From: Octopus vulgaris
Lineage: Eukaryota
Assembly (NCBI GenBank): GCA_951406725.2
Contig: OX597820.1
Location: forward strand, 19,220,001 to 19,284,000
Reading direction: 5' to 3'
Length of the DNA stretch: 64,000 nucleotides
Below the pieces are notes generated by a model that saw only the letters and a program-made list of their open reading frames with translations, did not search any database and was not told the DNA's origin. Both the position numbers and the translations under genes were made by a program. This document shows positions 50,816 through 64,000 of this stretch, piece after piece; the stretch's first letter is position 1; the number at the start of each line of letters is the position of its first letter.

Positions 50816-51665
50816 GACTTCACCTCTAGATCCAACTTTTTTGCTCTGGCCGTTATTTTGGCAACAGTTACAATGAACCACATTCTCAAACATAGCTACC
50901 AATGCAGGGTAAGGATATATGTTGTTGAGAAAAATTTAGATGCAGGTGGAACAGTTTACACGGTGATTCTTTCTTTGGCTCAGTCGACGAACACCATGTG
51001 TTTCGAGATGGAAATTAGCTGTAACTGCTATTTATAGCATTGGCCATTGTGTAATATCTGTCTGGTCAGAGAATTTTAGAATTTTCTTCAGTGTTTTTCT
51101 TGGCTCTTGCTTAGCTAGAGATGAACTCAGAAGTAGTCCTTGGTTCATATTGCTATGTGAACACTTTCAGGATACAGTTTAGAAAATATGATATACAGGT
51201 CATGCAGGTTGTTTGGTGGTTATAGAATTTGGCAACCTTCTCTTTATTGTGGTTTGTATCGTGTATGGTGGTGGTGGTGGTTGTGGTAGTGGTGGAGTTA
51301 CTTGAACAGGATATAATTTCTGAAAAGAAAATAGGAAAACATGTGCCCTCTGGTTGGCTGTTAATACAATAAGGAATAACTTATTCTCCCTCAGTGTGAG
51401 TGGGATTAAACATTTGAATTCGAAATCAAGGAACACTGAAAGGATACAAAAAGTTTATATATATATATATATATATCATCATCATCATCATCATCATCGT
51501 TTAACAATATATATATATAATGGGAAGCTTTATGAAAATAGACAAAAGACGAAGGCAGATAGATCATCAACATCGTTTAATGATGATGATATATATATAT
51601 TTATATATTTATATATATATATAATCTCTTTGTATCATATATATATATATGTGTGTGTGTGTGTA

Positions 51666-52038
51666 TACTCTTTACTCTTTTACTTGTTTCAGTCGTTTGA
51701 CTGTAGCTATGCTGGAGCACCACCTTTTAGTTGAGCACATCGACCCCAGGACTTATTCTTTGTAAGCCTAGTACTTATTCTGTTGGTCTCTTTTGCTGAA
51801 CCACTAAGTTACCAGCATCGGTTGCCAAGCGATGTTGGGGGGGGGGGGACAAACACAGACACACATACACACATATATGTATACATATATATACAACAGG
51901 TTTCTTTCAGTTTCTGTCTACCAAATCCACTCGCAAGGCTTTGGTCAGCCCGAGGCTATAGTAGAAGACACTCGCCCAAGGTGCCATGCAGTGGGACTGA
52001 ACCTGGAACCATGTGGTCAGTAAGCAAGCTATTTACCA
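51666..52038 (-). mobile_element. SINE family A
   Basis: Full head to tail. Confidence 0.9.
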
Positions 52039-52099
52039 CACAGCCACTACTATGCCTAAGCGTGTGTGTGTGTGTGTATATATATATAATGCCAAAGTT

Positions 52100-52382
52100 C
52101 TTAGAAGTTCTCTAATCAATAGAACAGCCTGTCCATGAAATTAATGTGCAAGTAGCTGAGCACTTCACAGACACATCTACTCTTAACATAGTTCTCAGAG
52201 AGATTCAGCATGACACAGAATGTGGCAAGGGCGACCCTTTGAATTACAGGTACTTCTCATTTTTGCCTGCTGAGTGGACTGGTGCAATGTGAAATAAAGT
52301 GTCTTGCTCAAGGACTCAACATGCTGCCAGGAATTGAACTTACATTTGTTAGCTGACTACCCTAACCACTAGACCACATGCT
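52100..52382 (-). mobile_element. SINE family E with tail X (diverged)
   Basis: aataaagtgtcttgctcaaggac...ccctaaccactagaccacatg is the reverse of the E head; the left part matches tail X. Confidence 0.75.
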
Positions 52383-52431
52383 TTTACTCTTAAATTTTTT
52401 AGTTAATTGTAATCCTGTGAAAGAGTAAAAG

Positions 52432-52766
52432 GTGTAGACCCCCTTTGGTCATGAATGACCATAGGATTGCACCTAGAAAGTTTACCCTCTGAGGCTCAAG
52501 TCCAGACAAGGTTGTTTATGGAAGACCAGCAGTCACCCATGCATACCAGCTTCCCCCTCCGTGCCACTGATGTTATCCAAGGGAAAAGCAAAGGCCAAGA
52601 GAGCTTGGCACCAGTGGCATCGCAACTCTTTTCTTCAGCTAAGCGAACTGGAGCAACACGAAATAAGTGACTTACTCAAGAACACAACACACAGCCCTGT
52701 CCGGGAATCGAACTCACAACCTCATGATTGTGAACTCGATGCCCTAACTACTGGGCCATGCGCCTA
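52432..52766 (-). mobile_element. SINE E-type head with a different tail (Y)
   Basis: gggaatcgaactcac...ccctaactactgggccatgcgcct is a reversed tRNA head with CORE-like segment; the distal part is unrelated to tail X. Confidence 0.7.
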
Positions 52767-53947
52767 CACTGTAATCCTGTATAGTACTATTTTATCCTTT
52801 TTAGGAATCTTCAGTATGACTTATTCGTTAATTAGATATATAACAAAGAGAGAGAGAGAGAGAGCATTACAGTAAAATAGAAGGTGAAATTAATTACAGA
52901 GAAAATACGTGGGTGTTTTCTTTATATTTCTTCATTGAACATTTGTAAGTTTTGGAATTGAGAGAGAGAGAGCAAAAGAAAACATCTCTAGTGTTTCGTC
53001 TCAGTAAGATTATTTAGAATAATTTATCTGTCGACATAAAGAATACGAATATGGAATTTTTGCGTAATATATTTAGTATATTAACTTCACTCATTCCGAT
53101 AAGTTCACTTGCATATGAATGAGGTGATGTATATAGCTAAGAACTTTTACATATATAGATATTTTTTTTTTATTAATTTTTATTTTTAAATTTAACAAGT
53201 TTCATAAACATCTATTATAAATCACTGTTAAAATCCAAACAGTAAAACCGTTTGCTAATATAAATCGCCTTTAGCAATCATACAGTTTAGCAGATCAAAT
53301 CAGTCGGAAAGGAATCCTGAATAATAAAAGCCGTGCAGGTGTGGTGAATTCTTTGAAATTAGTGTGACAAGCCAGGCATGTTATAAAATTCTGATGCATT
53401 TCCTGTTCTGAACCAAGTGATTTAGTTTATGCGATGAGGAGAATTGATATATTTTTATACCTTCTCTTAAATAGACATCCATGCATAGTATACTTTTGAT
53501 CTTTTCTCTTGCCATCTCATATTTTTCTGTGACTCGCTGCCTAATTATTATTAGTGTCTTGATATATTTTTAACGAGAGCATCACTAATTTCGGGGGTTT
53601 TATCCACGTTTCTGCATTTACTGACCTCGGTCTGTGTCAATATCACTGGCAGCCAGGAAATATCAATCATTCTTTTTAATGCTACAGGAACTTGAATTAA
53701 ATGTTTAAACTCTGTTGATCCTCGTGAACAGACTGTCTACCTCTACGTGTCATGTTTAATTATATTCGTACTCTTGGATACAATTGTGTCCCAGGTATGG
53801 CCATAGCCCAGTGACTGCCAAATGTAAAAGAGACACACATGCACTGCTGCCACCACCACCACCACCTTCTTCTTCTTCTTCTTCTTCTTCTTCTTCTCCT
53901 CCTCCTCCTCCTCCTCCTCATCATCATCATCATCATCATCATTATTA

Positions 53948-54870
53948 TTACTTCCGCCTTAGCAAAGGTAGAAGTATTGTTTTCAGTCGTGTTTGTTTGT
54001 CCGTGGACAAGATATCTCAAGAACCGCCGGATGGACTCGGATAACACTTTCAGGGATGTTTGACCTTGTGACTGGCGCGAACCAATTAGATTTTGGGATT
54101 GATCCGGCACTGAACAAGGATTCTGGATTATTTGTTATATTTACTTTACTGTACATGATTACGATCTTTTGTTGACTTTCAAGTCTTTCTCAATTATCTC
54201 CCTTTAGGCTGTTTGGAAGGTTTTATTTTTGTTTCTCTGTTATTAATTTTACTCGCGTCTCTATCTTAGAAACTGATGGATAAAGAAATCAAACTACATA
54301 AACAAACGGCAGCAAAACCGTTCAGAAATTAGATAACACAAACATATTTTTATAATATATAATAATATATTATACATACATATTAACAATGTACAGTACA
54401 CTTATATATATACATACATCTATACATCAATCTAAAACAACAGGAACACTAAAGGAAGGCCAGAATTTAAGAGAAGAGAAAACCAAAAGGTCTTGTATTG
54501 TTCTCATGCTATTCCTGAGTAGAACTTATTATTATTACCTCTGCTTTTGAAACTATTTTGAATAGTGAATTTATTAACTTTGGCTTGTATTAGATAAGGA
54601 TAAACTATTTATTATAGTTACTAAATTTTCTACAGCCACCTTCACATTCCATGACTACCATTGGAATTGATCAGGTACTGGACACAGATTCTGGATTATT
54701 TCTCCAAACTTAATTTTTGAGAGCGGTCAGGTTCATTTCTAGTATTCTCGTTTGTGAGAACAGTTGAGTTTATTTCAGATATTCTCATTTTAAAAATCAT
54801 ATCTGGCTAATTGTCATGAGGATGTTGGTGTTGCCTTTGCGGAGGTTTGCGCTCTCTGAGTGTTCTTGCT
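53948..54870 (+). mobile_element. Helentron/DINE-like element, longer copy
   Basis: Both ends match 3736-4101, with ~520 bp of extra internal AT-rich sequence. Confidence 0.7.
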
Positions 54871-55678
54871 ATTATTATTAACATTTGCTTTCCTTGCAGA
54901 CTTGGATTGGTTAGATTGTCACAATCCAAGTCATTTTAAAAATTTTTTATCCAAAGTTACTGCCCATCAAGACAGGTTTGGTGACCAGTTTTTGCTGATG
55001 CATTTTACAGAGGTGTGTGACACATAAAACAGGACAAAAAAAAAAAAGTAGTGACCAAACCACCAAATATTCTGATGGCCTGCAAAGAAAGTGCTGAAAG
55101 TTATAAAGCCATTACTTTCTGCATGCTACATGTATTGTATGAAATTCAACGGCCTACAAGTGAAATATAGACAAACAACAACCGGTGTGTTGTTTGTCTA
55201 TATTTCATGTTGTTTGTCTAAATTCATGGGCTTTATTATGGCTCCAGAATTGTTATGATGCCAGGCAAAAGGCTTAGCAGCATTTCGTTTTTACTTTACT
55301 CTCTGGGTTCAAATTCTGCTGAGGTCGATTTTGCCTTTCATCCTTTCAAGGTGGATAAAATTAAGCACCAGCTGACCACTGAGGTCAATGTGATTGATTC
55401 TCCTTTCCCCCAAAAATTTGAAACCATTTTGACTCCAGATAAAATATTAGCTCACACAGTTTCAGATCTAAATATATGTATATTATGTTTGTGTGTGTAT
55501 ATGTGTATACTTGCTAATTATATGTAATTTATGCCTTTGTGTACGTGTGTGCAGATGTATATATCTATTATCTTATACTTGTTCCAGTCATTAGGCTATG
55601 GCCATGCTGGGACACTGCTCTGACAAATTGGTTTCAAGTAAATAAAAATATCTTAATATCTTTAATTTTTCAAGCTGA

Positions 55679-55709
<31 letters not shown>

Positions 55710-55713
55710 TATA

Positions 55714-55875
55714 ATAGGTACAAGAGTGGTGTGATAAGAAGCTTGCTTCCCAACCACATAGTTCTGGGTTCAGTCCCACTGTGCGGCACCTTGGGTAAGT
55801 GTCTTCTACTATAGCCTCAGGCCGACCAAAACCTTGTGAATGGATTTGGTAGACAGAACCTGAAAGAAGCTTGTC

Positions 55876-55932
<57 letters not shown>

Positions 55933-56150
55933 TGTGTGTGTGTCTGTTTGTCCCCCGCCCTACTATTGCTTGATAACTGATGTCAGAGTGTTTACGTCCC
56001 CGTAACATTAGCAGTTCGGCAAAAGGAATCCGATAGAATAAGTACTAGGCTTACAAAGAACAAGTCCTGGGGGGTGGGGGTCGATTTATTCGACTAAAGG
56101 CGGTGCTCCAGTATGGCCGCAGTCAAATGACTGAAACAAGTAAATGAATA
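55714..56150 (+). mobile_element. SINE family A with long internal (TG)n
   Basis: Full head to tail; followed by (GATA)n at 56170-56303. Confidence 0.88.
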
Positions 56151-56217
56151 ACTGAATATAGTATGTGTAAATAGATAGACAGCTAGATAGACAGATAGAT
56201 AGACAGGCAGCCAGATG

Positions 56218-56295
<78 letters not shown>

Positions 56296-56697
56296 CAGAT
56301 AGATATGCAATGTATATGCATATAACAATGTGTCTGTGTGTTTGTATATGACTGTACTTGTGTTTATATAGGAACTCACCCCCTTACATACCCACGTGTG
56401 CGCCTGCTTGTGTGTCTGTGTGTACACACACAAGTGTAGTCGATCCGGGTTAAAAGCCTTCCTTCTGTAGAGAATAAGCGAGATGTCTTGTGTCTGTGTG
56501 ATATAACCGAAACGTTGGACGGAAAGTGTTTTCTTTTAGTAAGTATCGGTTATACACTTGTACTTATTACGACTCGCATAACATAATTATCTCATTAATT
56601 TTCTTTGGTGTCTGATCTGATGGCTAGTGAAAGCATCTTCAACCCCTGTTGAAAGCAAACCCCAAATTTTATACTATTAGTCCCTAGCATCAACACC

Positions 56698-57063
56698 CTT
56701 TTACTCTTATACTTGTTTCAGTCATTTGACTGCGGCCATGTTGGAGCTCCGCTTTTAGTCGAGCAAATCGACCCCAGGACTTATTCTTTGTAAGCCTAGT
56801 ACTTATTCTATCCGTCTCTCTTGCCGAACCGCTAAGCTACGGGGACAAACACAGACACACAAACACATGCACACACATATACATATACATATATATACGA
56901 CGGGCTTCTTTCAGTTTCCGTCAACCAAATCCACTCACAAGGCTTTGGTCGGCCCGAGGCTATAGTAGAAGACACTTGCCCAAGGTGCCACGCAGTGGGA
57001 CTGAACCCGGGACTTATGTGGTTGGTAAGCAAGCTTCTTACCACACAGCCACTCCTGCGCCTA
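56698..57063 (-). mobile_element. SINE family A
   Basis: Near consensus. Confidence 0.9.
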
Positions 57064-57069
57064 TATAAC

Positions 57070-57307
57070 TCTTATTTCTTTACTACCCACAAGGGGCTAA
57101 ACACAGAGGGGACAAACAAGGACAGACAAATGGGTTAAGTCGATTATATCGACCCCAGTGTGTAACTGGTACTTTATTTATCGACCCCGAAAGGATGAAA
57201 GGCAAAGTCGCGCCTCGGCGGAATTTGAACTCAGAACGTAACGGCAGACGAAATACGGCTACGCATTTCGTCCGGCGTGCTAACGCTTCTGCCAGCTCGC
57301 CACCTTA
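57070..57307 (-). mobile_element. SINE family B
   Basis: Full-length near-consensus copy. Confidence 0.9.
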
Positions 57308-57999
57308 AAACTATGTTGCGCCCCAACACTTCTGTCTTCCCTATCAGTTTTTCGTGTTTTTTTTTTTTTTTTCACGAATTCTATTGTATTGATACGCTAA
57401 CACTAATAAAGAAAGGCCTTTAGTGCGGGGGGTTTATTTTATAATATATAACTAGTTGCCAACAAACCGTTTAACACTAGTCCTTTTTCTTCTTTTTCTT
57501 TTTTCGGTTTTCCTTTGCTTTATTTTCTAAAACTGGAAGAATGAAATGATCTAGTTTCTACCCCACACCTTTCTACACAATAAAAATATAAACTAAGAAA
57601 AGAAATTAAAACCCCCAGCAGTCAGTTGATTATGAAGCCTATACAGCATTAAACAAGCACAGCCTTACCTATCTCTCTTTCTCCCTATCTATCTATCTGT
57701 CTTTCTGTCCATCTACTCCCTCCCTCCCTCCCTCTCTCTGTCTCTGTCTCTCTCGTATTTGGTTGTGGAATGCAGTATTTTTTGTTTTTCAGGCCTTTAA
57801 ACACTGTTAGTGTCTCTAAGCAACTGTAGCTGTTTATTGATGTTTTTCTCCACCACCATCATCATCATCATCATCATCACCCTCCACTCCTCTCTTCTTC
57901 GTTTCGCTATGTCAGACTTAAAAATCTCTGGCGGAGATGGTCAGCGCACTTATGTATATATGTTATATACTTTATACATATACACATATGTATGTGCGC

Positions 58000-58170
<171 letters not shown>

Positions 58171-58172
<2 letters not shown>

Positions 58173-58377
58173 CTCTTTTATTTGTTTCAGTCATGTGACT
58201 GTGGCCATGCTGGAGCACCGCCTTTAGTCGATCAAATCGACCCCACGACTTATTCTTTGTAAGCCTAGTACTTATTTTATCGGTCTCTTTTTTGCCGAAC
58301 CGCTAAGTTACGGGGGACGTAAACACACCAGCATCGGTTGTCAAGCGATGTTGGGGGGACAAACACAGACAAACACG

Positions 58378-58411
<34 letters not shown>

Positions 58412-58555
58412 CGATGGGATTCTTTCAGTTTCCGTCTACCAAATCCACTCACAAGGCTTTTGGTCGGCCCGAGGCTATAGTAGAAGACACTTGCCCAAGG
58501 TGCCACGCAGTGGGACTGAACCCGGAACCATGTGGTTCGTAAGCAAGCTACTTAC

Positions 58556-58560
<5 letters not shown>
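58171..58560 (-). mobile_element. SINE family A
   Basis: Near consensus; first bases of the head missing. Confidence 0.9.
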
Positions 58561-58598
<38 letters not shown>

Positions 58599-59553
58599 GA
58601 ATTTATTTATGTATGTATAAGTATTTAGATTTGCGCACACACACACACAGACACACGCACACACAAACAGCAGATGTTGAATCAATGCTATTTGATATGT
58701 TCACAACACTTGGCTGTAACTTTTTGTCTTATTTTCCCCCCTTGTTTATTTATTTTTTTTTTCTCAAATGAATAGTAATAATGATACAATTTCATTTTTT
58801 CCCCAAAAAGATGCATCCATATTATAATATAATAATAATAATAATATTAGATATTTTTTTTTAAAAATTATAATAAAATAACGCAGGATTAAGTTCTTTG
58901 GTAGTTTTACACCCAAGGAAAAAAAAAAAAATTACGTCTTTTATAAAATAAAATGGAAAGAACCAAAAAAAAAAAAAATGGTGTTTCTTGAAAAGATTCC
59001 CAGGCATTTGTGTGTAATTTCTGTAATTTTTTCCCCTCTCTTTCTATCTCCACTCTGATTTTCATATATTTTCGGTGTAAGTTTTTGATCAAATAATGAA
59101 TATATAGGAATTGGAAAAGTACTACCAACACTTAAAACATTGGTATGATGCTTGTTGTGTGCACGCGTTTATATATGTATGGGTGGAGAAAGTGAACGAA
59201 GAGGATTAAGTGTAAATCTGGTACCTAGACGAGATGCCTTTCAAATTTTGGAAGCTGTATATAGTTCTTCAGATGAAAGAAAGAAAGAAAAAAAAGATGA
59301 AATTTGTCTAAAGCTAATTAAGTTTAATATTGTATGATTTTTATCTTGTTATATAAATAATTGGTGCAAATAGACAGGTTTCCACACTGTATTTTCAAAT
59401 ATTCGTGATTTGCCTTTCAGAATAAATCTAAAATTTATAAATTAAACATTGCCCTCCCCCACCCCTTCGCTCTCCCCACCCTCATCATTTCGTCCTCACC
59501 CCCATCTCTCCTCACTCTCCTACCCGTTCTCGGTATCGTTACATACAATATAT

Positions 59554-60200
59554 ATTTCTTTACTGCCCACAAGGGGCTAAACGTAAGAGGGGATCTTTTC
59601 GGTTTGAACGGCAGTTTATTTAAAATAATTTCCACGTAACTAAACTCTTTTAAACTTCGTATACTGGTAGAATGTGTTTATAAAACAACTTTTTCTCTTG
59701 GCTTTATTGAGAAAATTCTATAGTTTGTAAGATATTTGTTGTTTTTTTTCTGCAATTTCAACCAATCAATGACGTCTATTGAGGTAAAAAATATTCTGTG
59801 CCGTATGAATATGTCCCTCGTTTAAGAAACAGATTGGGTTTATTTACATTTCTGAAGAAAAAAAAGATACATTTCCCCTAACCCCTAACCCTAAAACAGA
59901 TTGAAATGCAATAGATCGATACTAGGGTCATAATTATGGGTGACAATTTCATATGACACCGCTAGAAAAAACTGCCGTTCAAACCGAAAAGATCCCATAG
60001 AGGGGCCAAACAAGGACAGTCAAAGGAATTAAGTCGATTACATCGACCCCAGTGCTAAACTGGTACTTTATTTATCGACCCCGAAAGGATGAAAGGCAAA
60101 GTCGACCTCGGAGGAATTTGAACTCAGAACGTAACAACAGACGAATTACCGCTAAGCAATTTGCCCGGTGCGCTAACGTTTCTGTCAGCTCGCCGCCTTA
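59554..60200 (-). mobile_element. SINE family B with 21-bp TSD, split by a MITE
   Basis: gtatcgttacatacaatatat at 59533-59553 and 60201-60221. Confidence 0.9.
59590..59996. mobile_element. MITE with perfect 28-bp TIRs, superfamily unassigned
   Basis: gggatcttttcggtttgaacggcagttt ... aaactgccgttcaaaccgaaaagatccc; probable ~6-bp TSD (taagag/atagag). Confidence 0.88.
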
Positions 60201-60734
60201 GTATCGTTACATACAATATATGATATTGTATGTGCGTGGCTCTGGGGTTTAAAAGTTTTGCTTCCCAACCACGTGGTTTCGGGTTCAGTCCCACTGCACA
60301 GCACCTTGGGCAAGCATCTTCAACTATAGAGCTCTTGAATAGATTTGATACGTGGAAACAGAAAGGAGCCTGTCGTGTGTGTTTGTGTCTGTCTGTTTCC
60401 ATGTGTTGACATCATGTGACAGTTGTAAAGCAGTATTATTCATTTTGAATATTCTGTGGGAACATCTCTGACGATGGGAGGGGGGATATTACCTTACTTG
60501 AAAACAGGTAAGAGTTGGTGATAGGAAGGGCATCCCGCCATAGCAAATCTGCTTCAAACTAAGTTGTTCACTCTATTACCAGCATGGGAAAATAATGACA
60601 TAAAATGATGATGGTGGTGGTATTTTTTTTTTAAAGTAGTTTGATATTTTTTTGTTTTCCCATGAGTATTTCAATTTTTCATTGGTTATTCCTTGACCTG
60701 AGCGATGTACAGCCACAAGAGCCTTTTTGTTTAC

Positions 60735-61068
60735 ACCATACATGTACACAAACACCAACACACATACACACATAAATATGTACAAACACCAACACACACA
60801 TATACACAAACACCAAGACGCTTACACACATATACACAAATACCAACTCACATACACACATACACAAACATACATAAACACCAGCACACATACATACATA
60901 TATACAAACTCAACACACATATACATATATACATATATATACACAAACACCAGCACACATACACAAATACCAACACACATACACACAAACAGACACATAT
61001 ATACACAAGTACCAACACATATACACAAATAGCAACACACATACATATACACCAACACCAGCACACAT
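60735..61068. repeat. Degenerate CA-rich minisatellite (~20-24 bp unit, cacacatatacacaaacaccaa)
   Basis: Seen directly. Confidence 0.88.
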
Positions 61069-61273
61069 TTTATTTGAAGTTAAATATAAAAAAAACTTAA
61101 TGAGAAACTGAAGGATTATTCACTTCATATTAAGTTTTACAAGAAAACTTCTAAATCAAAGAATGTGTGTGAAGAGGATTGTAATTTGTTTGAAGCATTG
61201 TAATACAGAAATAGAAAAATGAGTGAAATGCAAAATGAAGAATAATTGTTGGAAGCTTTTTTCATTTCTCATT

Positions 61274-61492
61274 TAACTAATTAGCATTCAAATTACTCTG
61301 TCAAATGTATTGTTTATTCATTCACATTGTTTTGAATAGTCAGGCATTATCTTGTAACTTCAAGATTTCAATGGTGTGTTTGTATAGTTTTAGAATGGCA
61401 TTGTAGGGTAGGTGAGAGAGGCTGGATCTGGTTGGTTTTAACAGGTAGAATATCTGGGCTGGATATGGCCAGATTAAATGCTAAAGGGTTAA
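61274..61492 (+). mobile_element. piggyBac-type MITE P1
   Basis: ttaactaattagcattc...aatgctaaagggttaa. Confidence 0.82.
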
Positions 61493-61729
61493 AATAGACA
61501 TTGGAGCTTGATGCAGTCCTTGGACACATCAAATCCTGTCAAACTGTCGAACTTGTGCCAGCGTAGAACACTGACTTTAAATTATGATGATGATATTCAT
61601 GATGACGACAACAACGATATATATGTATGTATGTGTGTGTGTATCAGTCTGCTTTACATCTGCAATCCACAATCACTCATGTGAAAATACGACAGGTAGT
61701 GTTTTTGTTGTTGCTGTTTGTTTGTTTGT

Positions 61730-62092
61730 TTGTTGAGCGAAGCGGTCTTCATCCCAGAGCTCGCAAGATTGCGCCTCAGGATTGTCTGAAACGTGGTCCT
61801 TTGCTATCCGTAAGACCTGCAGAAGAGAAAGCAGGTCAACCCCCGACACCGAGAGCATCGACGGATGGATGAATGCGCATCAAGGCTCAGCGGTTGCGTA
61901 GGAAGTCGGAGACAAGAAACAGGAAGAAAGAGTGAGAGAAAGTGTACAACAGGGTTCGCCACCACCCCCTGCCGGAGCCTCGTGGAGCTCTAGGTGTTTT
62001 CACTCAATAAACACACACAACGCCCGGTCTGGGAATTGAAACTGCGATCCTCTGACCGCGAGTCTGCTGCCCTTACCACTGGGCCATTGGGC
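61730..62092 (-). mobile_element. SINE family D head with tail Z
   Basis: Head and body match 5638-5830; distal CpG-rich part differs; ends in a (TTTG)n run on the plus strand. Confidence 0.8.
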
Positions 62093-62269
62093 TTTCTGTT
62101 GTTGCTGTCAGTTTCTCCTATCAACAAATCATACAATCACTTACCTACCTTCAAACGTGTGGAATAAGAAACCCATTGCTTGAAAAAAAACGGGTTGGGG
62201 TTGGCACCAGAAAGGGTATCCAGCTATAAAAGAGTGCCTCAAATAACGTAGTTGTCCAACCCACACAAG

Positions 62270-62305
<36 letters not shown>

Positions 62306-62389
62306 TGCTGGCATGTGTTGGACACTATGACAGGAGCTGGCTAGCCTGCGCCAGGCACCAATTGTTTTTTGTTTCAGCATGGTTCCAAT

Positions 62390-62708
62390 CAGCGCCGTGG
62401 AGTCGAAACAGAAAGCTTTGACTCTGACTCCTGTACTATTGGCACCACTGACTCTGATTCTGACTCCGACTTTGACTCCTCTTTATGTAATCACGTGATT
62501 GTGGTCTGCATATCTCATAAAGCATATGCATACACTTGTACTTTGAGTAGGCCTATATGTCATAACTGGTTTATATTAAAGAATAAAGATATTGTGAGTC
62601 GGAATCAGAGTCGATATAGTTTTACTGACTTTGACTCCAGCTACCCCTTAATTGTTTCCAACTCAAACACCACAACTCCATGACACTGACTCCGACTCCA
62701 CAGCTCTG
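62390..62708. mobile_element. Non-autonomous hAT MITE
   Basis: TIRs cagcgccgtggagtcg / cgactccacagctctg, exact 8-bp TSD gttccaat, many GACTCC subterminal repeats; inserted in a minus-strand RTE 3' UTR. Confidence 0.9.
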
Positions 62709-63009
62709 GTTCCAATGGTTGGATACCCTTCCTAATGCCAACCCCTCTACAGAGTGCACTGGGCGCTTTTCAAGTGGTACCATCACCAATGCTTTTAATG
62801 TGACACCATCACCAGTGCTTTTTATGTGACATCAGTACTAATACACAGACTCAAAATGAACAAACAAGCAGATATGTCTGCCAATATCAGCTCTGAAATT
62901 CTTTTTATTGGTTTCAGCCGAAGGCTGTGACCATGCCAGGGCACGACCATTAACATTAACACTTGTTTATTTTAGCCTTATTTCACTGCTCCATATGTAG
63001 ATATATGTA

Positions 63010-63778
63010 TAGGCGCAGGAGTGGCTGTATGGTAAGTAGCTTGCTTACCAGCCACATGGTTCCAGGTTTAGTCCAACTGCGTGGCACTTTGGACAAGTGT
63101 CTTCTATTATAGCCTCAGGTCGACCAAAGTCTTGTGAGTGGATTTGGTAGATGGAGACTGAAAGAAGCCCATCATATATATATACATATATCATCATCAT
63201 CATCATTTAGCGTCCGCTTTCCATGCTAGCATGGGTTGGACGGTTCAACTGGGGTCTGTGAAGCCGGAAGGCTTCATCAGGCCCAGTCAGATCTGGCAGT
63301 GTTTCTACGGCTAGATGCCCTTCCTAACGCCAACCACTCCGTGAGTGTAGTGGGTGCTTTTTACGTGCCACCCGCACAGGTGCCAGACAGAGCTGGCAAA
63401 CACATATATATATAGTCAATTTAATTTTAAAAATTCCATATGTGACTGAAGATTGCTCTACATTTTAAAACTGATGTAATACGTACATTGTTTAATTAAA
63501 TGAAGTAGCATGAAACGATTGTACTACACTACCTTTGGATATCCTTGTTGCTTATTTTGATTATGTATGTGTGTGTATATGTTTGTCCTCCGAACATCGC
63601 TTGACAATCGATGCTGGTGTGTTTACGTCCCCGTAACTTCGCGGCTCGGCAAAAGAGACTGATAGAATAAATACTAGGCTTACAAAGAATAAGTCCTGGG
63701 GTCGATTTGCTCGACTAAAGGCGGTGTTCCAGCATGGCCGCAGTCAAATGACTGAAACAAGTAAAAGAGTAAAAGAAT
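63010..63778 (+). mobile_element. SINE family A interrupted in its microsatellite by a minus-strand RTE 3' UTR (63190-63400) and other sequence
   Basis: Head 63010-63175, tail 63565-63778. Confidence 0.82.
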
Positions 63779-64000
63779 ATATACATACATGTATATGTAT
63801 ATGTGTCTACGTATAAATATATAATATATATATATATCCACTCACACACACACACACACACACATATTCCAATAAACGAACTGCTGTGTGTATATGCATC
63901 TATGTTTATTCACACTATCATTTACTATTTAGTGACTATTGGTAATCATAAAATCCTTCTATTTTTGTATTATTTTTAAACATTCTGTAATAATAGATCT

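Noticed and set aside
56440-56520. taaccGAAAcgttggac resembling a hammerhead 3' half
   Set aside because: No CUGANGA correctly placed upstream.
58338-58628. Recurrent peptides such as [26 protein letters not shown] and PKVPRSGTEPGTMW in many ORFs
   Set aside because: Antisense translations of SINE A, not a protein family.

Overview
AT-rich, microsatellite-dense eukaryotic DNA, most consistent with an octopus (coleoid cephalopod) intron or intergenic region. The organism call is an inference from the tRNA-derived, CORE-like SINE families. No intact protein-coding gene can be supported: almost all listed ORFs are microsatellite or SINE artefacts. The window is a nested mosaic of at least four SINE families, 5'-truncated RTE and Dong/R4 LINE remnants, an internally deleted mariner, two piggyBac-type MITE families, hAT MITEs, a Helitron, Helentron-like elements and two solo LTRs. 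The most notable signal is a set of hammerhead-ribozyme-like motifs in short Penelope-like terminal repeats (9.4, 13.6, 13.8, 30.6 and 33.9 kb), including one inside a ~79-bp inverted repeat and a family sharing a non-canonical core. Also notable are a piggyBac MITE that appears to move as a spacer-linked multimer, a trimeric SINE insertion and head/tail shuffling among SINEs. Family labels (A, B, D, E, P1, P2) are mine. Coordinates were read by eye and may be a few bases off.
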